Source of the DNA: Gordius albopunctatus
Taxonomy: Eukaryota
Direction: 5' to 3'
Length of the DNA: 64,000 nt
NCBI GenBank assembly: GCA_964276515.1
Contig: OZ193909.1
Location: forward strand, 19,654,001 to 19,718,000
In this document: in pieces, positions 41,601-56,600 of the stretch
Layout of the letters: each line of letters opens with the position of its first letter
How positions within the stretch are numbered: the first letter of the stretch is position 1
Position numbers and translations under genes: made by a program
Notes under the pieces: generated by a model
The model's input: the letters and a program-made list of their open reading frames with translations, nothing else
Told to the model about the DNA's origin: nothing
Databases searched by the model: none

Positions 41601-44600
41601 TACTAAAAATGGTAAAATGAGACAATTTCGCAAAAAAAATTAGATTGATAATTTCTTAAAAGTCCTATATATTTTGCCTAATAAAACTTTATAAGCTTAT
41701 TATAATATATAGTGTATTGTGGGGGGGGGGGAAGGGCGTATTTATTCATAATTAAATAAAATAAAACGCGCTAAAACTAAACGGATGGCATTGATCCGTG
41801 TAAGGAATCGTGCTGGATTTAACGATTGTGATCTTTCTTATTTTAGTCATTAGATGGCCCCTTCGAAGATGTTTGTTGGTGGGACCAAGACAAATTGGTT
41901 GTTTCATATGGGAACGGCGATGTAAAAATGGAAAAGGTCGGTGATCAAAACGAAAATGAGCATAACAATACGATAGCCGTATTACCATGTTCTGGCATTT
42001 CGCTAGCTCGATTGAGCTATGGCATGATGGCCGCGCTTGGGGTATTTTAATGATGCCTAATAAATGCCATGCAATTTATGTGCTCGCTTTTGGCTGTCCC
42101 TCCGTCCCCTCCAACTTGCAATTTTTCAATAATTGCCGTGGAAACATCATATACGGGCTCTTAATCGGTGCGGACTTATGCTCCTTGTGTAAAAGACTTT
42201 TATTTCGCTTTCGCAAATAGACTAGCTTAAGACCGCTGGCTGGTTTTAATTTTTCCCAGGTCCCCCTACCCCAATATCCATTATTGTTGTAAGTAGTGTT
42301 GAGGAATCCAAAGGTTGACCAGACTAAAAAATATTTGCCCTATTTTTGGGACTAATTAAGACAGTCCAAGAAACTTTTAATTTGTTTGTGTTTTGTCGAT
42401 TAAATAACCCATCCGTTTGTACAACAGTAATTGTCGTTGTGCCCAACTGATTAGCTTTGTAATTTTGTTTTGTTTTCCAATACTCCTATTATTGCATTAA
42501 TTTTCATATTTCACAAATTAATTTAAATCAAACAGTGCGAAGTTGAATGGAAAAAGGTGAACCAAAGCGAAATTCAACGAGCAAACCCGGTCTCTGGGTC
42601 TCTTATGCAAAGCTTAGACCTCAAATTGGGGCAATGGTTAGAGTTGTCTTTCAATATAAATTGGCACCTTTTGAAATTTTTGCCCAATCTGATCCCGGGC
42701 TGGGTCGGAAATTCGAGTTCGTGGTCCCAAAATGAAAGGAAAAAGTAAATTTACCACAATTTTTTAAAAAAAATTTAATCTATAAATCCACAAAATTCAT
42801 ATTTTTTTAAAAATTATATATTAGCTATTGTAAAATTATTATTGTGAATTAGGATTTTTTGTAAGTGATATAAAATAACTTTTTTACTATAAAAATGTAT
42901 ATTTTAAGCTCATTACAGTTTAAAATTCTTATACCTCCAAACAAATTTTTTTATAGATAAATATATATTTGATAAAATTTAGAAAAAGTCGATGTACTAC
43001 ACATACGTTGTTCCTAGTTGAAGCTACGACTCCGGAGCAACTCTTTGATCGAAAGGTCAAATTTCAATTTTTTACCCTTTTTGCTTTTAGGTTAGTGTTG
43101 AGGAAATGCCTGGGTTTTAGTGGACTAACTTTTTTTGGTCTACTTACCGTAGAGTAGACCTGTAGGTTTAGTTGAAATTGAAAAACAGAACCCAGCCATT
43201 TTTAAAGCGCTATTTTAGTTAATAAAAGATTGAGATGGATTACAGAAGATTTTTACCCTCATACATAATCGATGTTCTTCATAGTTATATTATCGGGAAT
43301 CATGAGATAAGTAAAATAGAATAAATTAAAAAAAATATAAACTCTATAGAATGTTTATTTGGTAGTGATGAATTGATGTGTAACCAAAGGATATCATCTT
43401 CATTTGGCTCTAATAAAAAAGGACTCTAACGTTTTCCTTTCAAAATTAATATGATTTCGTTAAAAGTAGAATTGACGTATGATTTCACTTTAAAATGTGG
43501 TTAGATAATCCTGTTTGTAGAGTTGTTAAATTGCTAACTTTCTTCAACTCCAGCTACCATCTGCTCGAGTTTCTGCTCGGTCCTCGAGCATTTTTATATG
43601 CTACTGCTCCGCCTAGTGCACCGAACAGAGAGCACATATTGTGCTAACGCGCATCTTAAGCAACCCAGTGTGCGTGCTCGCGTCTGGAGTTTGAAGAAAG
43701 TTAGCAATTTAACAACTCTACCTGTTTGTATCGCGTTGGGGCGATGTAAAGCTGCCAAATTTTATTTAAATTTATTTTACTTATCTGACGATGTCCTCCT
43801 CTATGAGGACTAAATATTATATTTCCTTGAAAATTCCCGATAATACATCTACGAAGTGAGATATATTATCGGGAATTTGCTAAATTATCGATCTTTTTAT
43901 TGATGAAACTTACATTTTTTTGTATAAATAATAATTATTATTTATCTTCTTGAAGTACTTGCTTTGTTTGATTTATAAAATGACCTTTTACAGCATTTTA
44001 TATGCGCTTTAATTTTTAAGAAAAATAAAAATTTGTGAGGGCACTCAATTCCTTAAACAAATATCAAAATATATTAACTCCATAAAATCACCATGGGAAT
44101 TGTAAATCCAATACAATCTCAATCCATGCCGCTATTCCAGCTTATTAACTTAATATATTTTAGCATATATCATACACAACAATTATTTGGAAATATAATT
44201 TAAAATATTTAAGGTTTTATAAATTTAATTTTAGATTGGAGATGGAGAATACGCGGAAGCATTGGAGTTAGCTGAGAAATACAATTTAAATACGGATCGT
44301 GTATATCAATTTCAATGGCAGAACAGCTATAAAAGCATCAGCCACATTGGCCTTTATTTGGTTTATTTTTATCACATTTGTAACTGAATTATTTGTAAAA
44401 TTTTACAATTTCGGGCAAGTTATTTTAAAGCAATTTAGTATCCATATTCATGCGTGGGTTATATTTTCTCCTTACAAATTCTACAGTTTCAAACGCATTT
44501 TCCCTTCATTTAAATGTGTCGACCATTATGTAAAATAAATAATTTCGTTTTTCCTGCCTTAAAATTTTGACGAATTGATTATACCTCATGGAAATTGAAA

Positions 44601-47600
44601 AGTAATTTCTATAGCTAGCACATTTGGTCTTGAAAATGTTTGCGTTTTGACTTTTTTAGGACAAAATAAAAGATCGACCCTGGGTCATTACACAAATTTT
44701 GGAATGTGTACCCCCAACGTTGTCAGACGCTGAGGGCCTTTTACTATATGGTCAGGCTGAAACCAACAAAATTAGGTATATATATATCATATTCCTTTTG
44801 TATTTTTAAGCTTATTTTATATAACTAGCTGTGCCCGGCCAAGCGTTGCTTTGGAATAAACCCTAACCTATTAATAAGACTTATCTAAAATGGGGTCATA
44901 TATAAACACCAATAATTTTGACCGTATACTGTAACATTTTTATTATACTTTTAAATATCTAATTCGAGAAAACTTCAGCCTTGTATGTATGACGTCATTA
45001 TTGTATATGCTGCTATAAATTAAACTGGCCGGGAAATGTGCGATATTTTTAAAACGAAAAGGGATTTTAGGAATCTGAAAAAACTAGTTTACCCCTGGCA
45101 TTCCTGGGCATCTACGGCTAAATTTTCGCGCGAATCGGGCCGGTAGTTTTAGAGTTAAGCCATTTTTTGAAACTAAAAGGCCCATATTTTTAAAACTAAA
45201 AGAAATTTCAGGATTCTGAAAAAGCTATTTTACCCCTAGCCGCCCTGGGAACTTACGGTTTAATTTTCGCGCGAATCGGGCCGGTAGTTTCAGAGATTAG
45301 CCCTTACATACATACATACACACACACATATATATATATACATAGACTTTACTTTATATATATAGATAGATTAATAATTTTTACCTTTAATTTTTTAGAA
45401 ATTAAAGAGGTTTATTTCCATTTTTAATTGATTGTGTATAATACAAAAAAAAGTCAAAATAAAATTTTATTTATAATGAATATAGCCATTTCAGTCACCT
45501 CAAAGATAGGGAAATACGAGGTTTTAGTGACCTTTTTGCCCGATACCTTTCCAGGCTCGACTGCTACAAAGTAAATTTCATCATTCTAAAAGCTGCCTAA
45601 TCTCACCTTAAATGATATATTTCCTCAAACACTATGGTTTTATCGCATCATATCGCCACTTGTCACACCCAGGCAAATATCTCGTTGTGGAAATAGCAAT
45701 CACTTTTAATAAATTTGCTATCTGCTCAAATTTCTGCTCGGGCAACCTGTTTGATGCTCAAACAGAGACCATTTGTGTATGCTACTGCTCTGCCTAGGGC
45801 CCGAACAGCTAGCACTCATTGTGCTGCGTGCTCGAGCAATTTAACAACTTTACAAATATCTAAAATATTCCAGCCTAAGTTATTTTGGAAAAGTTTGGAA
45901 TTAGACCAATGATACGATAAATATAAAGTAAGGGTGGACACCGCCATGTTTGTCTACGTATTATCCCGTTGAACACTCTTCAGCTCCTTGATAAATGTCT
46001 TTGTAAAAACTGCTGGGGTTTATTTGCTCCACTTTAGTCTGTTTTTTAGTTGCATAAAGAGACCAAGGGTTTGCCCTATTCACAACATCAATAATACAAT
46101 AATCTTATGATCTGTTTTAATTATTTCCTTTCTACCATAACCTTTGCACCTTTTAATTGTACAATTGCGCGTGTTTAAAAACCCCATTAAAAATGGCGGA
46201 CTATGTTACCGAAATATATTTTAAAGCTAAAATGAATAGCGCTCTTTCAAATTTCCTTATCGCTTTTTTACGTGTTTTAGAGAATCTTGGAAGTGTGTAG
46301 ATCTCACAAAATAACCTATGAACCCGCATTTTTCTGCAAGTTCTTGAGGCTCAACGCTTTCCAACTCGCCTTGCACTATAGCCGAGCCGGAGAGGCCAAG
46401 GCTCTGGCAGTTTTAGGTCGGGCCATAGGTCCGCCCATGCTTCAACATTGGTTGCCGTTACTTTACAATCTACCGGAAAGCCTAGAACCCGGGCTTTATT
46501 TACCACTACTACCCCAATGTCACTTGTAATTTATTTATTCACTTATATTACATTTATTTATACTAATTGCTATGCAATTTATGGACTCTTTTTTGATTGT
46601 CCTTCCTGTACTGACCAACTTGTAATTTTTCAATAATTCCTTGGGAAACTTATACGGGATATTATTAATGGCTGTGGTGTAGACTTTGGCTCCTTCTGTT
46701 AAAGAAATTTATTTTCCTTTCCCAAATAGACTAGCTAATGACCGCTACTTGCCTTTACTTTTATCCACCATTCCATTATTGTTTTTGTGCCCGACTGATG
46801 TTGATTACCTTTATATATATTAGTTTCTTTTGCCAACTTATCTAGGTTGTTGCTTTATATCGGATAATTGCGAAACTGGCTAAATAATTCCCTGCAAATT
46901 AATGATGACCCTAGTTTATTTCTACTTTGTCTGACCACGCGGCCAGAGGCCGAACTCCTTGTAAATTGCCTTTTCTTTTTGCTGCTTCACGAATTTCTTT
47001 TATCAACTTTTGTTAATTTAAAACGGATAATTGCGAAACTGGCGAAATAATTCCCTGCAAATTTTTATTTATATATTTATTTTATTTATTTATTTGGTAG
47101 TGACACGGATGGAAATATTATAGTAAATCCCACAATAAAAGGTATCGAACTTGAAGGCGATATAAAGAGGGTTGATTTGGGAGATTTGGATGATTCATCT
47201 GTTTTGTACGAGGGTCCGAATGAGGAACTTAAACAATTCAGGCAAGAAATAAACAAATTTAGTCTCGATTTTTAACTTTAAACACATAAAAATCGAAGAA
47301 AATTATTTTAAAAGTATTGTTTTTGTATATGTTTTTACCTTCGTTTCGTAGGCAGCATTGAAAGGATAAGGGGGAAATAATAATTTAGATCATTTTTTGA
47401 ATTTTAGCCATAACTTTAATAAATTTTAACGAATATTTGGATTTAGAGGGGTTATTCATAAATGAATGTTTTCTTGTAGCGGATATCCTATAAGTGCTCA
47501 AACGCTAGAAAGCTATCTCAGGGCCAGGGCATTGGCGATAGAAGAAAGAACTCGGCTTGTAGACTACTCCGCACAAGTTTTAGAGTATGGGATGGATAAT

Positions 47601-50600
47601 TGTTTGAAGGTAATATTGCGAAGCTCTCGAAAATTAACCATCTTATCGAAGGTGTATAATAGGGCTGTAAAAAGGACTGGGTTATGGTTAGGTCAACCTT
47701 TGGTTTTACTAAGGGTAAGGGTTGCCTCTGGTCTTTCTTTCCAAATTTAAACCAAGCCTAGAGGTCATCGACTAAGAAATCAGACCAAAAAATCTTTGAT
47801 CCGTTCATGTAAGTTGACTAAATCCAAGGGTCGACCTAGCAAAGCCCACCACAGCACTAGTGTATAACACAGACCCCCCAAGACAGTCTTGATGCTTTTT
47901 AATGTTTAATTTATACACACCTTCTTGCGAGTGTCATAATTTTTGTAAATCGTCGTACCCTATTTTTAAAAGTTCGCTTTTGCATGGGCGCTGCCATGTG
48001 GTCAAATCCTAGCCATTCTTTTAATCTCTCGCTAAACTACTTGTTTACGTATTTGCCCCACAAGTATAATGTGAAGCAATAGTTTTATATAATATAGTTC
48101 CCCATTTTACGTGAAACAGACTAATTTCATTGCTTAGGAACCTGCATGTTTAACATATACTGTACTCGTGATAGCCATGGTAGGATTCAGAGGGGGCTAG
48201 GGAGGGGGGCAAATGATAATAAATTTCAGCCATAAATTTTAAAAGATTATAGTGGCGGGCTCCCTGCCACCCACTGGCTACACCTATGACTATACTTTTT
48301 TGAATATTAATATTATTTAATATTTTTCTATTACAGGGTTTGAATCCATTGTTGGTGAAATTTCGTATATTGGAAACTCTGGTATACGATTGTCAACTGG
48401 AATGCGATTCGCTGGCTCAGGCTTCAATCACGCAAACCAACGATTGGTTGAATTTAAGCACGATCTCTCGCCTATCACACGACGCCATCTTGAATATGGC
48501 AGTCAAGATTGGGGCCGAAGGAGGGGGGAACGAGGAGGGGGAAGGGAGTAACGGTGGTATTAAGCTGAATTTTCGCAAAAATTTCACCAAAATCCTCGAG
48601 TTATTGGATCGAGATCGACACTTGCAATCCAAAGTCGAAGCCCGAACCGGCTATAAATCTACCCTGCTAAACGCCTTTTTATTATCCCTCGGACAATCGG
48701 GTCATTTAGCCTCGCTACGAATGGTGAAATATATTTTAAAGCGATATCTTTAACTTTTCTCCTTATATTATCTCCATATAGACTACCTACATAGACTGTG
48801 CATGCCAAATTCAGCATGTTTAATTACTTGTTCCTGAAAATGTTGAGTATTATCCTTTAGTTTCCTCCATTGTATAGTAGCGGCTACTCCATGCAATCCA
48901 CCATCTTGAATTTGACAATCTCCCATGTCTTTCTACAGTGTACCCCATTGTTAAAACAGAAAAAGTAGTATTTACCTTGCTCATTAGTTAATAAATAAAA
49001 AAGAATGTTAATAATAGATTATGGTATTACCTAATTAGAATAGTGGTACCTTTATAATTTAGATATCACGTTGTTCACATTCCTTCTTACTCGATCTGAA
49101 TACACACTATTCATAATGATTATAATTTGAATAGCCCCCAACTACCTTACGAGTTATGTATATTAACTTCGATAACATGGTATATAAACTAATGCGTGGC
49201 GATCGAATCATTATATTGTATCTTTTGGTTTGATATTAATAAAGTTCCTTTAGTTAGAACAAAGTAGGCCAAAACCCCTACAACATAATGATTATTTAAT
49301 AAAATGCAGATGGTAGGTACTAAATTGTTATAACATCACATCCATCACATTATTTTTCGTTCTTATTAATTTTGTAAATGATATATGTTTTAAAATACTG
49401 TTTTTAAATTTTTTTACGTTCTAATAATACTTTAAATAACCATTAAATGACTATAAGCTATATGTCCTTCCCGAATATGTTCACATTACGAGATGCCGGA
49501 AAAAAGGTAGATTTGTTTAAAGCTGATGAGTAGTCTAACTAGTCCACGAGTATAGCAAGAATATTATTGTCACATTGAATCTTACCCAAGTCCGCCTAAT
49601 CTAAGAATCCTTAATTTTTAGAGGAAATGACTTAAAATGTTTAAAAAATTATTATTTCGCCCTCCCACTAATCTGGTATTTACCTAGTACACTTGCTAAA
49701 CCTATGGAGAAGATTAAGGGCTACCAAAACAAATAATTTCAAATTTTTGAATTTAGGGGGTTCAACCATTCCTCTCTGCCCCCTCCCTCGGTTACGCCCA
49801 TGAAAATCATTATTAACAATCGCAACATTTAAAAATTAATTAAATTTAGAAAATTTATTAAACATTCTCATCTATCAGTTTTCTGAGGAATTGCTAAAGG
49901 ATGGAGCTCTCTTACTAGAAGAACGCGTCTTCGCCCCAACCTCTATTAACGGAATCAAACCCATTTCTCAGGATACTTCTCAACCTGAAAATCAACTTTT
50001 CTACGATTTCGCTAGCAATTTATTGATCGCCCTAACGCTCTGTTGTCGTCAAGATACGTCCAAAAAAATTGAAAGTTCCCTGAAATTTCTAGAAAAGTAT
50101 TTGGACCGCGAAAGCCAGAGCGTCACGACCGATGAAATGCTTAAGGGGGACAAAATTTCTAGCAGTCTCGCTACTCGAACTCTGTCTTACAAACACTTCC
50201 CTACCCCTTCCCACATTAACGAATTGCGACGAATGATAAGAACCATTCGCGATCATATGAAGTATGGCATTAGTATAGATATATATTTAATAATTTTAAA
50301 TATTTTTTATGGATTTCGTTATTCATGAAAGGTCAATAGAGATACTACACAAGTATGGATTGGATGTGACGGTGGCCAAGCTGAAAGAATTGAATGAAGA
50401 TCCTCGGGAATTGAGAGAAATCATATATAAATTGTCGCACAAGGCGCGTTCTTTCCCCCTAGCCCATTCCTTTAACCATTGGCAAATCATTTATAACGGT
50501 ATAACTGTTGAGACGCCTAAGCTTTTCAAATTATGTTATCGCCTTGGTGTTGTAAAAACCACTGGGGTTTGTTTGGTGGACCTTTGGTTTTAGTCGACTA

Positions 50601-53600
50601 AACATAAACAGAGGCCAAAGGTTTTTGGGTCTGTTATTCTATCGACCTCAAGGGGGGGGGCGTAGGGGCATAGTTGATATAGGCTTTGCCTCGGAACAAG
50701 AGCTCACGGGTTCAAATCCCGCTTTCGGCACTTTGTTTCGAAAAGATGTAAAATATATCACATCGTCAACAGGGCTGTCAGGCCTGGATAGCCAAGCGTC
50801 ACCCCTCATCCAAATGTCCAAAGAAAGTGACCACCACCTTGGTGCGACAAACAGCTGTTGTTTTCTTAGTCCATCTCGATGCTTAGTCTAAATTTGACAA
50901 ACAGACGCGATTAGACCGTTAGTCTTAGTACCAAACCCAGCCGATTTTACATCCCTAGGTTATAGCTATCATAGGTGCATTCGCAATAAAGTTCTCCCAA
51001 ATGATATATATATATATATAACATGTTGAATCATTATATTAAATCTTTCGATCGCCCTCCAACCTCAAAATTTGCCATATATTATTTGGCCTTTAGATGT
51101 GTTGGATTTACAAAAACTATCCTTCGGTCATAGTCAAGCTAGCCAATCTTTGCCTCTTTGTTTGGAATCTCTGTTGAGATACATGCTCGCCTCTTCCCAC
51201 CAAGATTTGATCCAACACGGCGTAGCTCTTTTGAAATTGCACTCCAAAGATTTCCGCGGCGATGATTCCAGCAGCACTTTGAAAAGGGATTTGCGATCTG
51301 TTTTGGTTGACGTGATCGGGGAATACGTTAATTCTGCCGTTGATACGCTCGATGTTCAACTCTATTGGGCTCGGTAATTCATCATGCTATCTAGTGTTTT
51401 GAAAGGGGCTTTTTTTTTGTTTAGTCGACCTTTGGTTTTGGTCCGCCAAACATAAACAGACCAACTTTTGCTGCCTGTTTAGGTGTCTCACCTATTTCTT
51501 CCCTATACTTTCTCCCGCTTACTTTAATATATCTACAACGTAAACTAAGTCTGGTAGAGTTTTACAAAAGGCCGTAAACCTGTATCGTGGTAGGCGTAAA
51601 TCGTTATAAGCGAGAGTATGGGCGTGTGGCAAGGAGGGGCGGTTGCCCCCCCTTTAAATCCAGAAATTATTTAAAATTTAATAAAATGGTGGCCTAATAT
51701 TCGAAAAATCATCATTTTGCCCCTCCTCTCGATCAACTGGCTAGGCCCATGAGCGAGCGAGAGGGGGGGGGGGGGGTAAGGGAAGATTTCTTTACGACAA
51801 TACGCAAACTCAAACCAAGTTAATTTTTTATTTTTCTAGTTTTTTTTAAATTTATTACCCATTTTTTTATCTACTATGGCTATGGCTTCTTAGGTTTTGC
51901 GTTCAATTGTTCAAGCCGATCGTGGTTGTGGATGAGGTTACCCCCGATGCCTCTGGACCTGATGATAATTTTGGGGCCGAGATGGATTTTTTGGAAGCGT
52001 TGGCCATAATACAGGAGATGAGGAAGGATTGTGTACCACTTCAATTGCGGCTAGCTTGTGAAAAAGATTTCATCGGTTTTTTTGAAACTATTTTTATTAA
52101 ATGTCAGAGATTAGGGAAAAAAACCGGCCTAGGATCAGGTCGGGCAACTAGAAAAGACCGGCCCATGGCCGGGCCGGTCAACTGTGGTAAAATTAGACTT
52201 TCGGGCGTGCCCGGGTGGGCAGCATAACAAGATTTGGGCAATTTGAATTCAATTAGATTTTTTTGTTTAGTGTATCATTTTGTCTCTTTTTCGATTGCGT
52301 GATATTTATTAACTATAGTTCTCTTAACCAAACAAAAAAATCGAGAATTAAATTTAAAAAAATTTAGGAGTATATTCACAAAATGAGTGGTAAAAAATTA
52401 AAAATCATCATTTCGGGACCTTGGCCTGGCGGGCGATTCAGCTTAAAATTTGGACCGGATGGGGGGCCACTAGTTTGTATAAAGTATTCGGTCCAGCCAT
52501 TTTGGACAGGGTCAAACTTCTATTGCATACTAATGGCATAATTTCACGCGTTAATATGTCTTCCTTATCCCTCCTACCCGTTTAAATTTATTTTATATGA
52601 AATTTAGAAAAAGAAATTATTTTATTTTTTCCATTAAAATTTGGATTTGTACTTAAATAAAATAACACTGGTCAACAAATAATGGAATTGTGAAATTAAC
52701 CTGCGAACTATTTGCAGATTGTGGTAGAGTTTTTCACTGTGAACACAAATATGTTTTTAGTTTTTACCTATATACGTAAAGTTTTTGAAATATTCGCTGT
52801 CAAAGTTGGCAAAAACGCGATTTTAGCGTTTTTCAAACGTAAATAACTTGCAAATTAGTCGGTAAAAATTTTATTTAATAGATTTAATACGTAGAGATAG
52901 TTTTTTATCGTAGCACATTTACTTTTTAAATTATATACAAATTAATTATCCCTACTATCTTTTACATTGACAAATTACACCAGACTTGAGGGCGCCCTCC
53001 CTTCTCTTCATCACTGGGAATTAAGTGCGTGTTGTTGTTTGTGTTGTTGTTTATCTACTCTACTACTACTATTACCAAAACAACAAAAACGCTAAAATCG
53101 CGTTTTTGTCAACTTTGACAGCGAATATTTAAAAAACTTGAGGTATAGGTAAAAAACTAAAAACATATTTGTGTTGTTTGTGAAAAACTCTACCAGAATC
53201 TGCAAACAGTTTGCCGCTTAATTTTTCTTGTTGAACCGTGTAATTAATTAAAATAGGCCTAGCTAAGAGAGTCAGGAACCCCCCCCGGCTTAAATCTTTG
53301 TTAATTTATTAAACGACCATTTGGAAACCCTTGATTTTTTCTGATGGTATCTTTTCTTTTAATAAAAATTCCCATAATTTTTACGTACGTTTAGAAATGA
53401 TGAATACTTTTTTGATCCTGCCCTCACCGCACCTCTACAAATCGATTGGTCCGCTGGAGAAATTGTTTGACTTGCTGGATCCCCGTTACTCACCACATCA
53501 AGGAGCAGTTCCCTCTAAATCACGCTCCAAGTGTCGTCTGTACAATTACTTATGCTCCAAGGCCTTATCTTCGCACGACCACAGGCTGGCCCTCAAGTAC

Positions 53601-56600
53601 GGCTCGCAAATGTTGAAGTTATACGACTCCTCCCACCATCATCACGATAGTGGCAATGTTGCTTCCACTTCCGCTCTCGATTTTTGGTCTACCGCTTTAG
53701 ATTTGTGCCAAAGCATTGGTCTGGACAAGACGGACGAGGACCACTATTTTGACCGATTCATCGCGTTCGCCTTGGCCACATGTCCACCCAACCGCATCGA
53801 AATGGTGTTGAACGAAAAAACTAGGCTCGAGGGTATGACATTTGCACAGGCGTAGTCAGGGGGTTGCAGAGAGGGGCAGCTGCCCCCCCCCCATCTAAAT
53901 CCAGAAATTCTTCAAAATTATATATAATTTTAGTACCTCCCTAAATCATTATTGCCCCTCCCTCTCAAATCAATCCTTCTAAATTAAAAAGGTGTTAGAT
54001 CTGTCTCCTTCCTGTTTTAATATCTAGGGTAAATTATTAAGTATTAAAGAGAATAACACGAAATTATTGCGACAATCGGAATAATACTATGCGACAGAGT
54101 TATTCCAAGTTGTAAGTATTTTAGAAGATTTTTACCCACCCTCATAATTAATGTTGTTCATAGATATAATTTCGGGAATTGTCGAGGGTGTTAAAAAAAT
54201 ATTATAATTCCCTCGACAATTCCCGAAAATATATCTATGAAGAACAAGTTGTAAGTGTTTCAAGTTTTTGTACCCGAATTATTTATTTTACGTGGCCAAA
54301 TGTGCGTAACTTTTTTTTGGCTTTTGTTAAAATATACAGGAAGTCTTGGAATAAGTCAGAAATAAGGCATTAATATAGTTTCACTTCCCTCCTGACTTTT
54401 GTTGCATTTGTCCTTTTAACGGCCTAAATAAGATTTTGTGTGCGGTTAATTTGAAGGCTAAGAAAATAACATTAAATAACACTTTGTTAAAAATGTATTT
54501 TACGAAAGCGTTTGGTAAAGAGTTAAAGGGGTATTATATAAACTTTATATATTTTACTAAATTTGGGCACTAGTCTTTAAAAAAATATTTTGAAATTAAA
54601 TAGACTGTTTTTATTGTGTTTAGGTGAAATGGTTGGTGACACTAAAGATGACAAGCCTTCGAGCACCTATATAAAGGTAATTTAAGTGTTTGTTATTTTT
54701 TAATATAGCACATATGTTAGTGACACAAATAATCTTAAAAAATGACGAGATCTGTTAGAATCGTTGGGATTTTTATACTATTTTATAATTGCAAAATGGC
54801 ACTATTTGAAAATAAAATCAAAAATTGTATCAAGTTAACGTTAAAATGTATGTTTTTATTCTTTAATAGTTATAATTTTTTATAATAATAAAAATTAATA
54901 TTTATTATAAATATTTCGCCTATGTCGGGCACAGTTATTTGACCTGTCATTAAATGAATACAAATATTTTAATTTATTTTTTGTAGCAAAACTTGGCTAC
55001 CTTGGTTACCATCATGAATAACGAATACAGACAACTCGTCGTAAATGGTGGAGATGGAACATCGTTGCACACTAAATGTGGTTTCTACGAAAGCTATGCT
55101 CAAGAACGTTTGAATCCTGGTCCTTGTTCAAGGCTCTTTACAGAATTATTAAATGCCTTATCCAAATTGTCATCATGTGCTAGCACTGTTCAAGACCGAA
55201 CCTTGCAAATGACGATCAATGAAAAAATCATAATTTTGCTCCTTTCAAGATCTCACGATTCGTGTTATGGCAATAAAATAGCTCACTTGAATTTATTGCT
55301 TTTCCATCTCCTCCAACACATATTTAAGGTAATTCAACTATCCCAAAAGTCTTTTTATATCAATAAAAAATATAAATATGAATCCTATACTTGTCGTGCA
55401 GCATGGCTGGGGCCAGCATTTGAATTAGAGGCCGGGGCAATAACGATTTAAGGAGCGCCAAAATGAACATCTTTTGAAATTTTAGCTATAATTTTAATGA
55501 ATTTTAACAAATTTTTTGGATATATATAGAGGGGGCAGCCGCCTCTCTCTGCCCCCCCCCCCTGGGTACGCTCATGTCATGTCCATAACAACCTCTAAAA
55601 ATTATTTTTCAGGCTGAATCTTTGGAAGAATTGGATTTGAGGGATGTTATGACAGCCGCCACTTCCAATTTCGATCCCTCTTCTAGGAATATATTAAAAT
55701 CGTTAATCGTTGAAACTTTGGTTTATTCCCTCAGCATCAATATAACGCTTAAAATCTACAAAACACACCATACACCGTTCGAACAAATGATTTTGGCGCG
55801 TTCTGTATCGGAAAATGGGGAATTATCGTCTGCTTGCGCCAAAAATATCCCGGAGGAAAAAAAAAATCGCTTGAAAATTTTGTTTGAACTCCTTTCCAAG
55901 TGCTACGATCGCTTAATTCATTATAGAAATGCCTTGGCTATTTCATCGATGAATAAAGGCAATTACATTAAAAATTAAACTGTATAACATTTATTTATAA
56001 TTATCTTCGTTACAAAAAATGATGTGTTTGAGTAATATTATTATTAAGATTAAGATTCATAATAAAATATGCAGAAAAACTCTATTTTATGAAAACTGGA
56101 ATATAAAATCATCGAGCCATCCTAAAGTGACCAAGAATCCGCAATAATTTTAAGTTGTATTCTATAATACTAAGAATGTTAAGTCTTTCTTATATTGCAA
56201 AAAGCTTATAGATTTTAAATTATAGATTAAATGATAATATTTTTTTAATTTCAAAAATTTATTAGATATAAACGTAGATCAATTTATAACGTCGGGAGAG
56301 TATAGAGCTGATACGTTAAACGGGCTGGCTTTGACCTCAAAGTCCGAAGTGTTTGCCGATACTTTGAAGATAGCTCAGCAATTCCATGTAAAACCATTGG
56401 AAATTTACATGAACCATTTGGAATTTCTGTTAACGGATAACGAGTAAATTTTTTATTTATAATTTTGAAATATTTTTCATTTTTATTCATTAAGTTTTGG
56501 TTTAAATTTTATGTAATTTTTCATCTTTTATTTAATAATGATATAAGTGTGTATTAAGTTTAAATAGGAGATATTTGTTCTTAAAATTAAATTAAACTTC

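Noticed and set aside
50453..50458. Third GC donor (AAG|GCGCGT) in NBAS exon 24
   Set aside because: The frame stays open and NBAS-like (HWQIIYND) to a GT donor at 50499 in the right phase.
50652..50731. Functional tRNA gene
   Set aside because: Acceptor and anticodon stems do not pair; treated as a SINE head.
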